From: a virus
Lineage: Duplodnaviria > Caudoviricetes
Reading direction: 5' to 3' (one strand)
Length of the DNA: 34,342 bases
IMG/VR virus record: IMGVR_UViG_3300005611_000108
Coordinates: 1-34,342 of that record
Of the stretch, positions 1-8,135 are shown in pieces. Every line of letters begins with the position of its first letter. Within the stretch, counting starts at the first letter, position 1. A model generated the notes under the pieces. It did no database searches, was not told the origin of the DNA, and worked only from the letters and a program-made list of their open reading frames with translations. Both the position numbers and the translations under genes were made by a program.

Positions 1-1
1 T

Positions 2-841
2 GATCCTGCTAAAGCGCGTGTTGCTTTGCAAAATCAGGTCAAAGACTGGAAGGCGCAAGGCTTAGACACTACTCGAAGTGAAGGCGCGATAGCTTTAGAT
101 GATGGCGCGATGATGCAGGCTTTACAAGAGCAGGGTAGCATGGGCTTGGAAATTGACCAGTTCGCAAAGAATGTTTTGACGCCTGATTCAAGCAAGCAGC
201 GTCAACTTGATATACAAGAGCGTACACTATCACAAAGACAGACTGAACAAGAGTTCCAAGAGCGACAAGCAGAAGCCAAAGCTGGGGAATTATCACCTAC
301 AGTACAAAAAATACTAGATTCCTCTCAAACATCTGCAATAGATGCTGGGAATAGATCAAGGTCGTTATCTGTCTTGGCTGATGACATAGCAAAAATAGAT
401 ATAGGAGGTGGTGCGGCTTCATCTACCAGTGAAATGCTAAAAACTCTGTTAGGTTCTCAAGATGAAGTGTCTAATCTTAGAATGAGATTTAGAGCAGTAA
501 GATCTTCACAAGCTGTTCAAAACTTACCTCCCGGCGCTGCATCTGATAAAGATATTGAGCTTGCTTTAAGTGGTTTTCCTAGCGAGAATGCAAATGCTGA
601 ACAAGTTTCTTCATTCTTAAGAGGGGCTGCAAAATTAGAAGGCATAAATGCTGCTTTTGAAACGTTCAAATCTGATTTAATATCTAACACAAAGTCTACA
701 AAAGGTCTTTTATCTAAATGGAATGACACAGTAGAAAGTGAGGCGCTAGGTAGAAAGATCAGAACGTCAGAATTATTTATAACAGCGCAAGAAGAAGGTA
801 TTACTGTCGAAGAGTTGAAACAGCAGCTAGGTATAAAATAA
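2..841 (+). CDS. DNA ejection/transfer (pilot) protein, 5' partial
   Basis: Frame is open from position 2 (DPAKARVALQNQ...). Helical, Q/E/A-rich. Lies before a second ejection-like gene and the tailspike, as in P22-like gene order. Confidence 0.6.
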   Translation, partial: DPAKARVALQNQVKDWKAQGLDTTRSEGAIALDDGAMMQALQEQGSMGLEIDQFAKNVLTPDSSKQRQLDIQERTLSQRQTEQEFQERQAEAKAGELSPTVQKILDSSQTSAIDAGNRSRSLSVLADDIAKIDIGGGAASSTSEMLKTLLGSQDEVSNLRMRFRAVRSSQAVQNLPPGAASDKDIELALSGFPSENANAEQVSSFLRGAAKLEGINAAFETFKSDLISNTKSTKGLLSKWNDTVESEALGRKIRTSELFITAQEEGITVEELKQQLGIK

Positions 842-2616
842 TGGCTAATCTTTTAGACGAACTTAGAGCAAAAAATAGTCAAAATGAACGCGCAAAATCT
901 TCACCTCAAACCGTTGGCGGTTTCAGTTTGCTTGACGAGCTAAGAGCTAAACAACAAAAAAAGGAAAATCAAAATGACATACGAAATAGTGATGTTGGTG
1001 CTAATATCAGTAGTGATATTGCAAGAGATGAACAAGAAAAGCCTGTAAATGACGAAAACCTATACCGCAATGTTATTACATTAGATGAAGTAGACGAAGC
1101 GTTTAAGAAAGTGCCGGGCGCACCCGCATTAGCTGAATTAGTAGCGGGTGCAAATAGAACCATATCGGGCGTTTTAGATTTTTTAGGGCCTAACAACATT
1201 AATGCCGTTTTAGAATTAGCTGGTAGCAATAAGCGCGTACCTACATTTAGTGAGGCTATCACCGAAGAAAAAGGCGCGTTTGATGATTCTCTGATAGGAA
1301 AAGCAGCGGGGACGGTTGGGGAATTGATACCTAGCGCCGTCGGAATAGGTCAAGCGTTAAGATTTGGTGCGCAAGCATTGCCAAGGATTCAGGCGGGCGA
1401 ATCTACTACTACTGGCGTAGTTAGACAGTTAGGTTCGTCTAAAGTAAGTCAGGATGTATCAGGAGCGGCATTATCGGGAGTAGGTGCAGAGTTGGGCCGT
1501 GAGGCAGGTGGGGAAACTGGCGCTCTAATAGGAAGCTTAGCCGCCCCTATAGCAGCCGCCACCATACCATTAAACGCCGCCAAAAAAGAAGCATCTAAAC
1601 TTTTAAGCAAAGCTGCGCCAACAGTTGAAAAAATAAAAGAAGTGGCTGGTGGAATATACAGATCACTAGACGATTCTGGAATTTCAGTACCATCAAAGTC
1701 TTTCGATGACTTGGCTGATGACATTGCTAGAGTATTGAAAAAGGAGGGCGCTGATGAAATATTAACGCCAAAAGCGCTACGAGTTGCCAACAGGTTTATT
1801 GAAGATAAGGGCTCAAATAAGACGCTAACTGAACTTGACACTTTGAGGAAAATAGCAAGAAGCGCCGCTGAAAGCCAAGATAGAAGCGAAGCCAGATTAG
1901 GCCAGATTGCCATACAAAAAATAGACGATTATATGGACAATATAGGCGGTGAAGTCATCCAAGATAAAACAGCCGGTGAAGCTTACAGGGCTGCTCGCGG
2001 CCTATGGCAAAGATTAAGAAAAACAGAAGTATTAGAAACGGCTGTTAATAATGCAAGAGATCAGGCTAGCGGTTTTGAAAACGGCATAAGAACTCAATAC
2101 AGGCAAATACTAAAGAGCATAAATACTGGAAAGCTTAAAGGGTTCACGGAGCAAGAGGTTGATGCAATCAGAAAGACTGTGAACGGCACAAAAGCAGGGA
2201 ATATAGCTAGATTCCTTGGGAAGTTTGGTGTTCTGGATGGTATAACATCTCGATCATTAACAACGTTAGGTGGAGCAGGCCTTGCAGGCGCTGCCACTGG
2301 TAGTGGTGGTGTCGCTGCCGCTGTGCCTCTTATCGGTCAGATATCTAGCGCCTTAGCTCAAAGAATGACTTTAAACAATGCAAAAATGGCGCAAAATATT
2401 ATAAAGGCTGGCAAAAACTGGAATTCAATAGCGAATATTTACGCGAAAAACACGCCAAAAGCACAGCAAATCGCATCCGAACTAGCGGAGCTATTTTTGG
2501 CTAACAAAATACCTGTTGATTCAATCAACTTAAAATCGGCTAAACCATTAATTTCTGACGCGGCACTAATAGCGGCTATTGCAAAGTTTAATGATCAGAA
2601 GGAACAAAACCAATGA
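841..2616 (+). CDS. DNA ejection/injection protein (P22 gp16/gp20-like position)
   Basis: 591 aa, G/A-rich hydrophobic segments (GGAGLAGAATGSGGVAAAVPLIG). Directly upstream of the tailspike; TAATG-type coupling at 841. Confidence 0.6.
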   Translation: MANLLDELRAKNSQNERAKSSPQTVGGFSLLDELRAKQQKKENQNDIRNSDVGANISSDIARDEQEKPVNDENLYRNVITLDEVDEAFKKVPGAPALAELVAGANRTISGVLDFLGPNNINAVLELAGSNKRVPTFSEAITEEKGAFDDSLIGKAAGTVGELIPSAVGIGQALRFGAQALPRIQAGESTTTGVVRQLGSSKVSQDVSGAALSGVGAELGREAGGETGALIGSLAAPIAAATIPLNAAKKEASKLLSKAAPTVEKIKEVAGGIYRSLDDSGISVPSKSFDDLADDIARVLKKEGADEILTPKALRVANRFIEDKGSNKTLTELDTLRKIARSAAESQDRSEARLGQIAIQKIDDYMDNIGGEVIQDKTAGEAYRAARGLWQRLRKTEVLETAVNNARDQASGFENGIRTQYRQILKSINTGKLKGFTEQEVDAIRKTVNGTKAGNIARFLGKFGVLDGITSRSLTTLGGAGLAGAATGSGGVAAAVPLIGQISSALAQRMTLNNAKMAQNIIKAGKNWNSIANIYAKNTPKAQQIASELAELFLANKIPVDSINLKSAKPLISDAALIAAIAKFNDQKEQNQ

Positions 2617-4451
2617 CATCAAGATTCGTTTTACCACTAGCCGACGTTGGCGCGGGCTTAACTCCAAGCTCAGGCGCACAGTTATTCTTTTATGAAACTG
2701 GTACGACTACGCCTAAAGATACTTATTCTGATAGTGCAGGCACTACGCCTAATGCTAATCCTGTTGTGGCTAATAGCGTTGGTGTTTTCCCTGATATTTT
2801 TATAACTGGTACTTATAACGTCGTTCTAAAAAATAGCGATGGTGTTCAGCAGTGGGCGGCTGATCCTGTTAGTGAGTACGCCACGTTTGTAGCGGGGGGG
2901 TACGTCTCTAAAGCTGAACTAGCTGCGACTGATGGTGAGTTGCTTGTTGGGTCGTTTGGTTCGTTAGCGGATGCGGTGGCGGGAATCACAGCGGCTGACG
3001 CAGGCAAGCGGGTGTCATGGCTTGGTTACTACGCTGCATCGGATGGAGGGAGTGGTTGGGGTATTGTGAAAACTGGCGCACACACTGCTGATGGTGGGTC
3101 TATTTTAAGTGCTGGCGCTAGTTTATACATTGAGCAAAATCTGGAAGGCGCCAAGATAAATATAAAGAAATTCGGGGCGCGTTGTGATAACGCGACTGAT
3201 GATATAACAAAGTTAGTTGCTGCTGATGCTTATGCTGCATCTCTTGGTGGTAGCACATTAAGACTACCAGAAGGAACTTGTTTGATAAGCGCGGTTTTTA
3301 CATTAAGTGCTGGAAATGGGTTAGAAGGACTTGCTAGGGATTCGTGCATAATAAAACAAACCGATACATCGCTTGGCGGTGTTAAGTTAAGCGGGATAAA
3401 CAGAGTTAGCAATTTGAGAATTGAGGTTGACTCGGCAAACACCAACACGACCGCAATAGGGCTAGACGCATCAGGAACATCGGATAACATAGTAGAACAG
3501 GTAAGGGTTTTATATTTCGCTTACGGCGTTAGATCAACTGGACTGACGTGGCGACAAACTTATGATCATGTACGGATTGAAAACCCAACAAATACAGGCT
3601 TTCATTTTGATGATGCAAATCTGCATCTTGAGGTATATTTGAAACAGTGCTACGTCGTAAATAATAATGCGCTAGGTCTAACAAACAAAGTGACTTTATA
3701 TATAAATGGTAGTAAGGGAACCTATATAAATAACTTCGCATCTGATGGTGGCGTAGCCGTATCAACTAAAAATACAGGTGCTGTTATTATTAATTCAAAT
3801 GTCGTAATTGACGGTTCGCACTGGGAAGGGTACGAGGTTCCAGCAGGCGCGATAGCTGGATCGACGTTTGATAGTCTGATTCACGTTTCAGGATCATCGT
3901 TTGAAACAAGTGCACTGCATTGTCAAGTAGTTGACCCTACCACAGCTTCTACTGCTGCAATTATTGGATTACAAAGCAGCAGTAGGGTGGTTAGCAAAAA
4001 CATAGTATTAAACAGTACCACTATTTCCGCGTACAGCACTCAGCACATCGGCATAAGCAACACGTTTGGCGATAACATATTTGAAATGCTAGGTGGGGAT
4101 AGAAATCTAGTAATAAAAGAAGCAGGGACGGCAGCAGGGACGGCGAAAGCGGTAAGGTCTGGTATTGAAAGCAAAAGAAGCGGAGACTCTGGGTCATTTA
4201 CAATAGATGTAAATACAATATCAAGCATATTTTTTGCGGGCAGCACAGGCAGCTTAACAGGGTTTACAAATCCCATCTCTGACGGCCATCGAGTCCGAAT
4301 AGTGCATAGGGTTGTTGGTGTTACGACTGTTCATAGTTCAGCATTTAGACATCAGGGCGCTGCTAACTTTGTTGGCACTGGAAATGCTATGCAGGTTTTT
4401 GAATATAGCGCTGAAGGGGATTTCTGGTCGGAAGTTTCAAGGGTTTCATAA
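2613..4451 (+). CDS. Tailspike / receptor-binding protein with pectate-lyase-like beta-helix
   Basis: N-terminal particle-binding motif (GAQLFFYETGTTTPKDTYSD...NANPVVANSVG) and beta-helix start motif NIKKFGARCDNATDD followed by LRLPEGTCLI. Confidence 0.85.
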   Translation: MTSRFVLPLADVGAGLTPSSGAQLFFYETGTTTPKDTYSDSAGTTPNANPVVANSVGVFPDIFITGTYNVVLKNSDGVQQWAADPVSEYATFVAGGYVSKAELAATDGELLVGSFGSLADAVAGITAADAGKRVSWLGYYAASDGGSGWGIVKTGAHTADGGSILSAGASLYIEQNLEGAKINIKKFGARCDNATDDITKLVAADAYAASLGGSTLRLPEGTCLISAVFTLSAGNGLEGLARDSCIIKQTDTSLGGVKLSGINRVSNLRIEVDSANTNTTAIGLDASGTSDNIVEQVRVLYFAYGVRSTGLTWRQTYDHVRIENPTNTGFHFDDANLHLEVYLKQCYVVNNNALGLTNKVTLYINGSKGTYINNFASDGGVAVSTKNTGAVIINSNVVIDGSHWEGYEVPAGAIAGSTFDSLIHVSGSSFETSALHCQVVDPTTASTAAIIGLQSSSRVVSKNIVLNSTTISAYSTQHIGISNTFGDNIFEMLGGDRNLVIKEAGTAAGTAKAVRSGIESKRSGDSGSFTIDVNTISSIFFAGSTGSLTGFTNPISDGHRVRIVHRVVGVTTVHSSAFRHQGAANFVGTGNAMQVFEYSAEGDFWSEVSRVS

Positions 4452-4496
4452 ATGCGACTACAAAACGTTAAACAGTCAGAGCATCAAGGTGATTAA

Positions 4497-4832
4497 ATGA
4501 CATTAGGCCAACATCAACGAAAATTTACACTAATGATAGCTCAGCTTGTGATCTTTGCTTATAGCAAGGGTTATGAGTTGACTTTTGGTGATGCTTACAG
4601 AGACTCAAGATCGTTTGGTGATGTTGGTCAGTCTAAAGGATATGGACGCGCTAATAGCTTGCACAAGATGAGGCTAGCCGTGGATTTTAATCTATTCAAA
4701 GATGGCAAGTTTTTGCAGACTACTGAAGATCACAAAGAGCTAGGCGAGTTCTGGGAGTCGCTAGGCGGTTCATGGGGCGGTAGGTTTAATGACGGCAATC
4801 ATTATTCTTTAAAATATAGGGGCTTGCGTTGA
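4497..4832 (+). CDS. Endolysin, M15-family Zn peptidase
   Basis: Motifs GDAYR, SLHKMRLAVD (SxH-x6-D) and WGGRFNDGNHYS. Confidence 0.9.
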   Translation: MTLGQHQRKFTLMIAQLVIFAYSKGYELTFGDAYRDSRSFGDVGQSKGYGRANSLHKMRLAVDFNLFKDGKFLQTTEDHKELGEFWESLGGSWGGRFNDGNHYSLKYRGLR

Positions 4833-5110
4833 TTGAAACGTGCATTACAGCAGCTATAGGCGCAACAGTCAGCATATTAGATGCTGGCGGATTGCCTTAT
4901 ATCAGACTAGCCAGAATGTGGTTTGTTGCCTTTTTTTTAGCTGTGTTTTTATCTGATGATGTTATAAATGCTATGCAGCATTTTTTTAGTTTCAAGGTTT
5001 CTGTTGGCGGAACTGTCTTTATGACAGCTCTGTTTGGCTCGGCAATTACCGAAAGGTTCTTATTTTTTATAAAATCGTTTAAACTTAGCACATTGGGTTA
5101 TAAGAAATGA
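4829..5110 (+). CDS. Putative holin (2-3 TM segments)
   Basis: 93 aa with hydrophobic segments and a basic C-terminus; overlaps the endolysin stop codon. Confidence 0.55.
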   Translation: MIETCITAAIGATVSILDAGGLPYIRLARMWFVAFFLAVFLSDDVINAMQHFFSFKVSVGGTVFMTALFGSAITERFLFFIKSFKLSTLGYKK

Positions 5111-5535
5111 TATTAGATACAGTACTAGACGCAATATTAACGGCTTTTGTGGTAGTAAGCTTAATGAGATTATGGCGAAAGATAAAAAGACCGTTAGTAT
5201 ATGTCGTTGAAGATAGTGAGTCTGATATCATGCTGTTGAAAATAAACGCTGCTTTTGAGCGTTATGATGTAAGATATTTTAGAAGTTTGGAATCAATAGG
5301 ATTTAGGCTTGCTATTAATCCGCCAAGCGCGGTGATTGTAGATTACAAGTTAGCAGGCAAAACGAATGGCGATCAATTATTTAGATTTTGTAGACGAAAT
5401 CATATACCAGTTTTAATGACTACGGCCTATGATGGTGAAATAATGGGAGTCGATGCTAAGTTTATAGCAAAGAAAAGCGGCGACAAATCATATTATTTAC
5501 AGATAGAAAACTTTTTAAACGAGGTGTCAGTATGA
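5107..5535 (+). CDS. Membrane-anchored single-domain response regulator (receiver/REC domain)
   Basis: N-terminal TM followed by [11 protein letters not shown] hallmarks: VYVVEDS (acidic pocket), VIVD79YKL (phosphoacceptor), NGDQL, PVLMTT106AY, FIAK122. Confidence 0.8.
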   Translation: MILDTVLDAILTAFVVVSLMRLWRKIKRPLVYVVEDSESDIMLLKINAAFERYDVRYFRSLESIGFRLAINPPSAVIVDYKLAGKTNGDQLFRFCRRNHIPVLMTTAYDGEIMGVDAKFIAKKSGDKSYYLQIENFLNEVSV

Positions 5536-5717
5536 TTGAATTTTTTGAAAATGTACCAGCGTGGATAGTCGCAATAACTACAGTCGTGACTGCTTGCACA
5601 GCAATTACCGCTATGACTCCAACCAAGACGGATGATGAAGTTATAAGCAAACTGCTAAAGGTTTTAAACTTTTTGGCTGGCAATGTCGGCAAAAACAAAA
5701 ACGCAGACGACAAATGA
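5532..5717 (+). CDS. Small membrane protein, holin/antiholin candidate
   Basis: 61 aa, one TM, then TPTKTDD and an amphipathic helix; ATGA-coupled on both sides. Confidence 0.5.
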   Translation: MIEFFENVPAWIVAITTVVTACTAITAMTPTKTDDEVISKLLKVLNFLAGNVGKNKNADDK

Positions 5718-5920
5718 TTGAGTGGCTAATAGGCGGCTTAGCGTTAATCATAGCTTTTTTTGCTTGGCTGTTGCATGGCGCAACAAATAACCGAATGAAA
5801 GACAAAGAGCAGGAGCTTGAAGACTGGTCGGGGGTAACTGATGTTAGACGTAAAACACGTGACAAGCTCGATAGCGATCCTGATTATGTTAAGCGGGTGC
5901 AAGACAGTTTCAACGATTGA
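5714..5920 (+). CDS. Inner-membrane spanin (Rz-like)
   Basis: N-terminal TM plus a charged helical tail; overlapped by a lipoprotein ORF in another frame. Confidence 0.7.
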   Translation: MIEWLIGGLALIIAFFAWLLHGATNNRMKDKEQELEDWSGVTDVRRKTRDKLDSDPDYVKRVQDSFND

Positions 5921-6029
5921 TTCTTATTGCGCTCTATATGAGCCAGTTAGAAACTATCTTGACGTGGATCAAGCTATCATTGATCAGATAAATGTCAATA
6001 ATGCTATTTATCTCGAACACTGCAAGTAA
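5841..6029 (+). CDS. Outer-membrane lipoprotein spanin (Rz1-like)
   Basis: Signal peptide with lipobox LSGC and additional Cys residues; overlaps the i-spanin. Confidence 0.75.
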   Translation: MLDVKHVTSSIAILIMLSGCKTVSTIDSYCALYEPVRNYLDVDQAIIDQINVNNAIYLEHCK

Positions 6030-6161
6030 AGCTAAAGCTCTCGCTGAACAGCTTTTAATTGCTGTTCTATGGCTTGTCTTTAAAATTCTAGGTTTAATTA
6101 GACGCGTGATAGATTATTGATTATACTAAGCTCTTACAGTCCTTCCCCAGTAGTAATATTT

Positions 6162-6187
6162 GCCCACATTTCTAGTGGGCTTTTTTT
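6162..6187 (+). terminator. Rho-independent terminator ending the late/lysis operon
   Basis: GCCCAC-7nt-GTGGGC followed by T7, at the junction of convergent operons. Confidence 0.75.
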
Positions 6188-6411
6188 ATTCCTAAACAAA
6201 ACAATTGCGCTTTGTAATTAAAGCCCAGCTCAGGCGCGTAACCTGTGTTTTTATTGCGTCTTGTGAACGCTATTAACCCTGTAGAACAACATAACTTACA
6301 TCGGGATTGATAGCCTGTAATGGTTGTTTTATTTTTACTGAAATCTTCCCAAGGTAAAAACTTATTGCACTTTGAGCACTCACGCCCTTCATCTGTAATT
6401 AATGCTTTCAT
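6172..6411 (-). CDS. Zn-finger protein (CxxC...CxxC)
   Basis: RECSKC...SRCKLC. ATG at 6411 has a GGAG RBS and is preferred over the 6441 start. Confidence 0.6.
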   Translation of the reverse strand: MKALITDEGRECSKCNKFLPWEDFSKNKTTITGYQSRCKLCCSTGLIAFTRRNKNTGYAPELGFNYKAQLFCLGIKKAH

Positions 6412-6432
6412 TTTTTCTGTCTCCAATTTCCT

Positions 6433-6512
6433 GTATAACACTGAATATCCAGAATTATACGGAATCCATATAACACGGTAAAAAGCGGATTCCGTCTAAT
6501 AAAGTGTTATGC
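6433..6512 (+). repeat. attC-like site 1 (atypical)
   Basis: GTATAAC...GTTATGC. TAACACT/AGTGTTA outer stem; inner stem ATTATACGGAATCC/GGATTCCGTCTAAT pairs at 13 of 14. Confidence 0.55.
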
Positions 6513-6764
6513 GCGCACACTATCAAGCCAGTCTTTTAAAATGGTTTTTAGTAATACGTCCCATTGATCCAGTTGCGTGAAATCTTTCTTGCCTTCAATT
6601 ACGTCCTCGATTAACGCAACTGGAATAACGTGAACGCTTTCACCACAATTTACGGTTAAGTGCGGTTTATTGTCGCTTATATGTCTTATATTATTTTTAA
6701 TCAGATCGCATCGGCATCTATGTCCGTACTCCCCACAATCACTGCATAAAGGTCTACTGCTCAT
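6507..6764 (-). CDS. Cassette A hypothetical protein (N-terminal CxxC-H-C knuckle)
   Basis: ATG 6764 with AGGGGG RBS; stop TAA lies within the core site GTTATGC. Confidence 0.7.
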   Translation of the reverse strand: MSSRPLCSDCGEYGHRCRCDLIKNNIRHISDNKPHLTVNCGESVHVIPVALIEDVIEGKKDFTQLDQWDVLLKTILKDWLDSVRA

Positions 6765-6783
6765 AAATCCCCCTAATAAATTC

Positions 6784-6846
6784 GTATAACAACCCATTCT
6801 TTCGGACAGCGTAAAGAGACACGCTGTCGCAAAGTTTGGGTTATGT
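6784..6846 (+). repeat. attC-like site 2 (63 bp)
   Basis: GTATAAC...GACAGCGT-loop-ACGCTGTC...GTTATGT; L boxes are degenerate. Confidence 0.7.
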
Positions 6847-7059
6847 GTGGTCAATATTTCTTAATAATCTATCAATAAGTAATTCGTCACCAACACTTAC
6901 ATTAAGTGGCCAGTTACTGTTTGATCGAGCTAAAACGCTAATAGCTCTTTCTAGCTCTTGTATTTTATTCTTTAGATCATGGTTTTCGTTAGCCAAGCCT
7001 AAATTAAATTCTTCAAGCTTATTAATTCTTTGGGTGTATTTAGTTTCAAAAAGCTCCAC
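6841..7059 (-). CDS. Cassette B hypothetical coiled-coil protein
   Basis: GTG start after AAGGTGAG; stop lies within the core GTTATGT. Confidence 0.65.
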   Translation of the reverse strand: MELFETKYTQRINKLEEFNLGLANENHDLKNKIQELERAISVLARSNSNWPLNVSVGDELLIDRLLRNIDHT

Positions 7060-7093
7060 ATCTCACCTTTTTCGTGGCATCAAGTAAATGGTC

Positions 7094-7158
7094 ACATAAC
7101 AAAAACATCAAACGGATTTCGCAAAGACCCGCTCAACGCGTTTATGTCCTGGTTAGGC
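7094..7158 (+). repeat. attC site 3 (65 bp, canonical)
   Basis: R'' ACATAAC, 5 nt, L'' CAT(C)AAAC, L' GTTTATG, 5 nt, R' GTTAGGC; carries the extra C typical of attC L''. Confidence 0.88.
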
Positions 7159-7461
7159 GTCTTTAGCGGCCTTTAGTAGCTGCTCTTTCGCTTCAAGATA
7201 TTCACTCTCAGAACATTTATATTCTTCAGTTAAATAACATGCATTTCGCTCAGGGCTGCATCTTTCAATTTCCAACTCAAATTCTTTCTTGTCCCTTAAA
7301 TAGCTTGTAGTGACTTTTATTGCTGTGCTTTTACTTTCCTCTATTTTCCCAAAAATAACAGCGTCTAACTCGTCAAGCATAAGGTCATGCTTGTAGTAAA
7401 AGGGGAAATCAATATTAACTTTTACTTTTTGTTTTATGGTTTTTGTAACTTCTATTTCCAT
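7153..7461 (-). CDS. Cassette C hypothetical protein
   Basis: 102 aa with AGAAGGA RBS; flanked by the perfectly complementary GTTAGGC and GCCTAAC. Confidence 0.75.
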   Translation of the reverse strand: MEIEVTKTIKQKVKVNIDFPFYYKHDLMLDELDAVIFGKIEESKSTAIKVTTSYLRDKKEFELEIERCSPERNACYLTEEYKCSESEYLEAKEQLLKAAKDA

Positions 7462-7492
7462 CTTATTTTATCCTTCTAAAGTTAATTAGTGC

Positions 7493-7551
7493 GCCTAACA
7501 AGGCGCTCAAACGGACGCGATAAAGCCGCGCCCTTTAGCTTGTGGCTATGT
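7493..7551 (+). repeat. attC site 4 (59 bp; core altered GTT->GCT)
   Basis: GCCTAAC AAGGC GCT(C)AAAC GGACGCG..CGCGCC CTTTAGC TTGTG GCTATGT; classic 59-base-element layout. Confidence 0.88.
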
Positions 7552-7815
7552 TCTTGTATTCCACTTGTCTTTCATGCGATCTCGCAACTCTTCAAACGTT
7601 TCGCCACCATCTAAAACACCATTTGCAAAATCAAAATTGCCGCAATTAGGGCATGTTATTTGGTGGCATCCGTCCGGGCCGCAACAACACCATCGTATGT
7701 TTTCATCACCGCAAAATGGGCAAGGCTTAAACATAACAATGCGCTCTTGGTCGGACTTGCTATTATCGTGCTCGCTCTTATTTAAGTGCGTGTTACTATC
7801 TCTTAACCATGTCAT
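7546..7815 (-). CDS. Cassette D Lar-like (restriction alleviation family) Zn-ribbon protein
   Basis: KPCPFCG...ITCPNCG...KWNTR pattern. Start 7815 has a GGAGA RBS; alternative start at 7734. Confidence 0.65.
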   Translation of the reverse strand: MTWLRDSNTHLNKSEHDNSKSDQERIVMFKPCPFCGDENIRWCCCGPDGCHQITCPNCGNFDFANGVLDGGETFEELRDRMKDKWNTRT

Positions 7816-7860
7816 ACTTTATATCTCCGTTCTCGCAAGCCGCAAAGCTTGGGGTTATGT
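7731..7860 (+). repeat. attC site 5 (130 bp, long type)
   Basis: ACATAAC AATGC GCT(C)TTG..CGGACTTGC...GCAAGCCG CAAAGC TTGGG GTTATGT. Confidence 0.8.
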
Positions 7861-8055
7861 GTCTAAAACAAAATCGCCGCGCCAATCGCATTCAACGTCA
7901 GTAACTCCATGAAAAAACAGAAGCGGTTCAACGTAAGTGTCGAAATATCGCTCATTTACTGCTTGTGACCCACACGAACAGTGATGAAATATCGGAATAT
8001 CTAGCGGGTCGCAAGGTGTTATCAAGTTGTCGTTTTCGTTCATTTTAAATTTCAT
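7855..8055 (-). CDS. Cassette E hypothetical protein
   Basis: AGAAGGTGA RBS; flanked by GTTATGT and ACATAAC; stop lies in the core. Confidence 0.65.
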   Translation of the reverse strand: MKFKMNENDNLITPCDPLDIPIFHHCSCGSQAVNERYFDTYVEPLLFFHGVTDVECDWRGDFVLDT

Positions 8056-8079
8056 AAATCACCTTCTAAATTAATAATC

Positions 8080-8135
8080 ACATAACTCTCACATCAACGG
8101 ACTGCTGAAGCAGCCGCAAAATAGGAAGGTTATGT
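8080..8135 (+). repeat. attC-like site 6 (56 bp, L' degenerate)
   Basis: ACATAAC TCTCA CATCAA CGGACTGC TGAA GCAGCCG ... GTTATGT. Confidence 0.7.

Noticed and set aside
69-4500. Antisense or alternate-frame ORFs over the ejection and tailspike genes, and similar ones elsewhere (e.g. 7565..7912, 8682..8876, 17694..18083, 26420..26767, 29370..31136)
   Set aside because: Shadow ORFs of well-supported genes, with no recognisable motifs.
6046-6067. Hairpin GAACAGC/GCTGTTC after the o-spanin as a seventh attC
   Set aside because: Lacks AAC/GTT core ends and L boxes; more likely a terminator or stability hairpin.
6412-6441. GTG start at 6441 for the Zn-finger gene
   Set aside because: ATG 6411 has a well-spaced GGAG.
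6765-6854. N-terminal extension of the 115-aa ORF 6507..6854
   Set aside because: It runs through attC site 2 and into cassette B; ATG 6764 has the clear RBS.
6433-8135. CRISPR array, or ordinary terminators, as an explanation of the intergenic palindromes
   Set aside because: The repeats differ in sequence and length and are separated by whole ORFs; most lack U-tracts and all have attC-type end motifs.
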